UHGV virus genome: UHGV-0211968
Strand: one strand, 5' to 3'
Source: a virus
DNA: 46,519 nt
The notes under the pieces were generated by a model. The model saw only the letters and a list, made by a program, of their open reading frames with translations, was not told the origin of the DNA and did not search any database. The position numbers and the translations under genes were made by a program. Of the stretch, positions 45,072 through 46,519 are shown piece after piece. How positions within the stretch are numbered: position 1 is the first letter of the stretch; every line of letters begins with the position of its first letter.

Positions 45072-45298
45072 AAGAGACGACAAAGACTATCGCCGGGGAG
45101 GAATACATCTCCGCGGAAGCCGCGGCGGAATACCTCGGGTGCTGCCGCTCGACGCTGGACATCATGATGGCGAAGTCCGCCAAGGGCTACCTCAGGCCGC
45201 CCCTGGAATGGTTCCGCCACAAGCCGCGCTCCCGCGTATGGTTCAGGAAGTCCTTCCTGGAGGACTGGGCGGAAAGGCGCGGCAAGGTCAAGGCGTAA
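45068..45298 (+). CDS. Excisionase-like HTH protein
   Basis: YISAEAAAEYLGCCRSTL and VWFRKSFLEDW. Confidence 0.75.
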   Translation: MKETTKTIAGEEYISAEAAAEYLGCCRSTLDIMMAKSAKGYLRPPLEWFRHKPRSRVWFRKSFLEDWAERRGKVKA

Positions 45299-45336
45299 GG
45301 AAAACTCAACCAATGAAACAATCACAGGAGAAAAAC

Positions 45337-45657
45337 ATGACGAAAAAGACGACAGAGGCAAAGGCCTACGAAACGCTCGCGGTGACGAACGCGCGGGTTC
45401 TCATCTTCAAGGACGGCGTGAACCTGGGCCGCATCCGGGCGCTCGCCGAGGTGACGCTGAACGGACAGCTCACGCTCCGGAATCTCCGGGTCGTGGAGGG
45501 CGAGGGCGGGCTCTACGTCGGCTACCCGAACGACCCGTTCTGGAAGGGCGAAGACTACCGGAGCATCTTCTTCCCGATTACCAGGGAACTCCGGGAGCAC
45601 ATCGAGAACTGCGTCCTCGAAAAGTACCGGGCGAAACAAGCCAAGGGAGGCAAATGA
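45337..45657 (+). CDS. spoVG: SpoVG-family nucleic-acid-binding protein
   Basis: VT..RV, RALAEVTLN, LRVVEGEGGLYVGYP, FPITRELRE.IEN.VL..Y. Confidence 0.85.
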   Translation: MTKKTTEAKAYETLAVTNARVLIFKDGVNLGRIRALAEVTLNGQLTLRNLRVVEGEGGLYVGYPNDPFWKGEDYRSIFFPITRELREHIENCVLEKYRAKQAKGGK

Positions 45658-45824
45658 TGGAAACGACGATGAAGAAGACCAAGACGGGCCTCATCACGCT
45701 GAAGACGGAACGCGGCTGGGAGCCGTGGGGAATCGGCACGTTCCGCGAGGGCGCGGAGGCCCAGGCGGAGGCCGGGGCGCGCGCGTTCGCCTACTGCCCG
45801 CTCACGCCGAGGAGGGAAGGATGA
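45654..45824 (+). CDS. Small hypothetical protein
   Basis: GGAGG RBS, ATGA coupling on both sides. Confidence 0.55.
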   Translation: MMETTMKKTKTGLITLKTERGWEPWGIGTFREGAEAQAEAGARAFAYCPLTPRREG

Positions 45825-46027
45825 CGGAAGAACAGAAGGAATGCGAATACTGCCACGGCAGCGAAGGCTTTGACTTCGGCGAGGACGACGCCTGGTTCAA
45901 GGTGCGACGCATGAACGGCGCCTACTACATCGAGGCATTCCGTTATCAAGGCGAAGACCCGCTGGAAAGCGAGCTAATCAACTACTGCCCGATGTGCGGA
46001 CGCAAACTGACAAAGGAGAGTCTATAA
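45821..46027 (+). CDS. Zinc-finger protein
   Basis: CEYC...INYCPMCGRKL. Confidence 0.7.
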   Translation: MTEEQKECEYCHGSEGFDFGEDDAWFKVRRMNGAYYIEAFRYQGEDPLESELINYCPMCGRKLTKESL

Positions 46028-46452
46028 TGAAGTATGACGGATTTGAATTAAAGGAATTCACCAGCGATAAGCCTGTTGTATTCGACCCACCGAGGCGTAT
46101 GGCCGTGTGGGACGACGACGACAAGATATGCAGACAGGCTGTTGTCCTCGCGTATTTGCCCGAGAGCACGAGTCCCGTAATCGTAGATTGTAGCTTCTGG
46201 CAACACTGTGCCGAAATCCCGGGAATTCCGGAAGAACCGAAGCCACGCCGAGCAACGAACCGCGAGCTTGCTAAGTGGCTGGCGCAAGGTAATGGTATGT
46301 GCAAGCGCCGCGGGGGCGTAACGTTCCATACTTGCATCCGGTGCGGAATGGACGAGACCGATACTGAATGCGATTCGACCTTCATTATTCAGAAGTGGGA
46401 CGACACTGAATGGCACGAGCCGACTATTGACTACCTTGGACTGGAGGAATAA
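46027..46452 (+). CDS. Hypothetical protein, paralog of 3330-3749
   Basis: AAGGAG RBS. Shares HCAEIP, KWLAQGNG and WHEPT motifs. Confidence 0.85.
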   Translation: MKYDGFELKEFTSDKPVVFDPPRRMAVWDDDDKICRQAVVLAYLPESTSPVIVDCSFWQHCAEIPGIPEEPKPRRATNRELAKWLAQGNGMCKRRGGVTFHTCIRCGMDETDTECDSTFIIQKWDDTEWHEPTIDYLGLEE

Positions 46453-46454
46453 CG

Positions 46455-46519
46455 ATGCTTACAAAGCTACGAGTAATTAGCTTCTGGTGTCATTGCGCTG
46501 AAATCCCGGGAAACGAGCC
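46455..46519 (+). CDS. 5' part of junction-spanning 54-aa protein
   Basis: GGAGG RBS. MLTKLRVISFWCHCAEIPGNE continues in frame into position 1. Confidence 0.7.
   Translation, partial: MLTKLRVISFWCHCAEIPGNE

Larger units (their letters stand above)
1..46519. mobile_element. Complete circular temperate tailed phage genome (contractile-tail type), excised form
   Basis: Terminase, portal, capsid, sheath, tube, baseplate, lysin, integrase, attP and repressor-like genes are all present. No host housekeeping genes are seen. An ORF continues in frame across the 46519/1 junction. Confidence 0.9.

Overview
The window looks like a complete, circular, GC-rich temperate myovirus-type phage genome of about 46.5 kb in its excised form. 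One ORF reads straight across the 46519/1 junction, and an attP (3' part of tRNA-Lys(CTT)) lies next to a tyrosine integrase. The + strand early arm (44146-46519, then 1-6170) carries a putative replication initiator, SpoVG, RecT-like annealase, SSB, many small Zn-finger/HTH genes and a cytosine-methyltransferase-like gene split at a G10 tract. After attP come ArdC-like and DUF1281-like genes. The - strand late genes form two separated blocks. Block one is protease, capsid, neck, contractile tail, baseplate, fibres, lysis and RusA (41418-21628). Block two is a tightly coupled operon (18887-9857): a QueC-less 7-deazaguanine DNA-modification cluster (ParB-domain, DpdL-like, TGT/DpdA-like, QueD, a Cys4 microprotein, QueE, FolE) runs directly into a neck gene, terminases, portal and a MuF head protein carrying a papain-fold toxin domain. 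Accessory cassettes include a HEPN pair, a BrnT/BrnA-like TA module and a stand-alone iteron origin-like region. All calls come from motif reading by eye; no database searches were run. The host is unknown; a Fibrobacter-like host is only a guess from the SpoVG sequence type.
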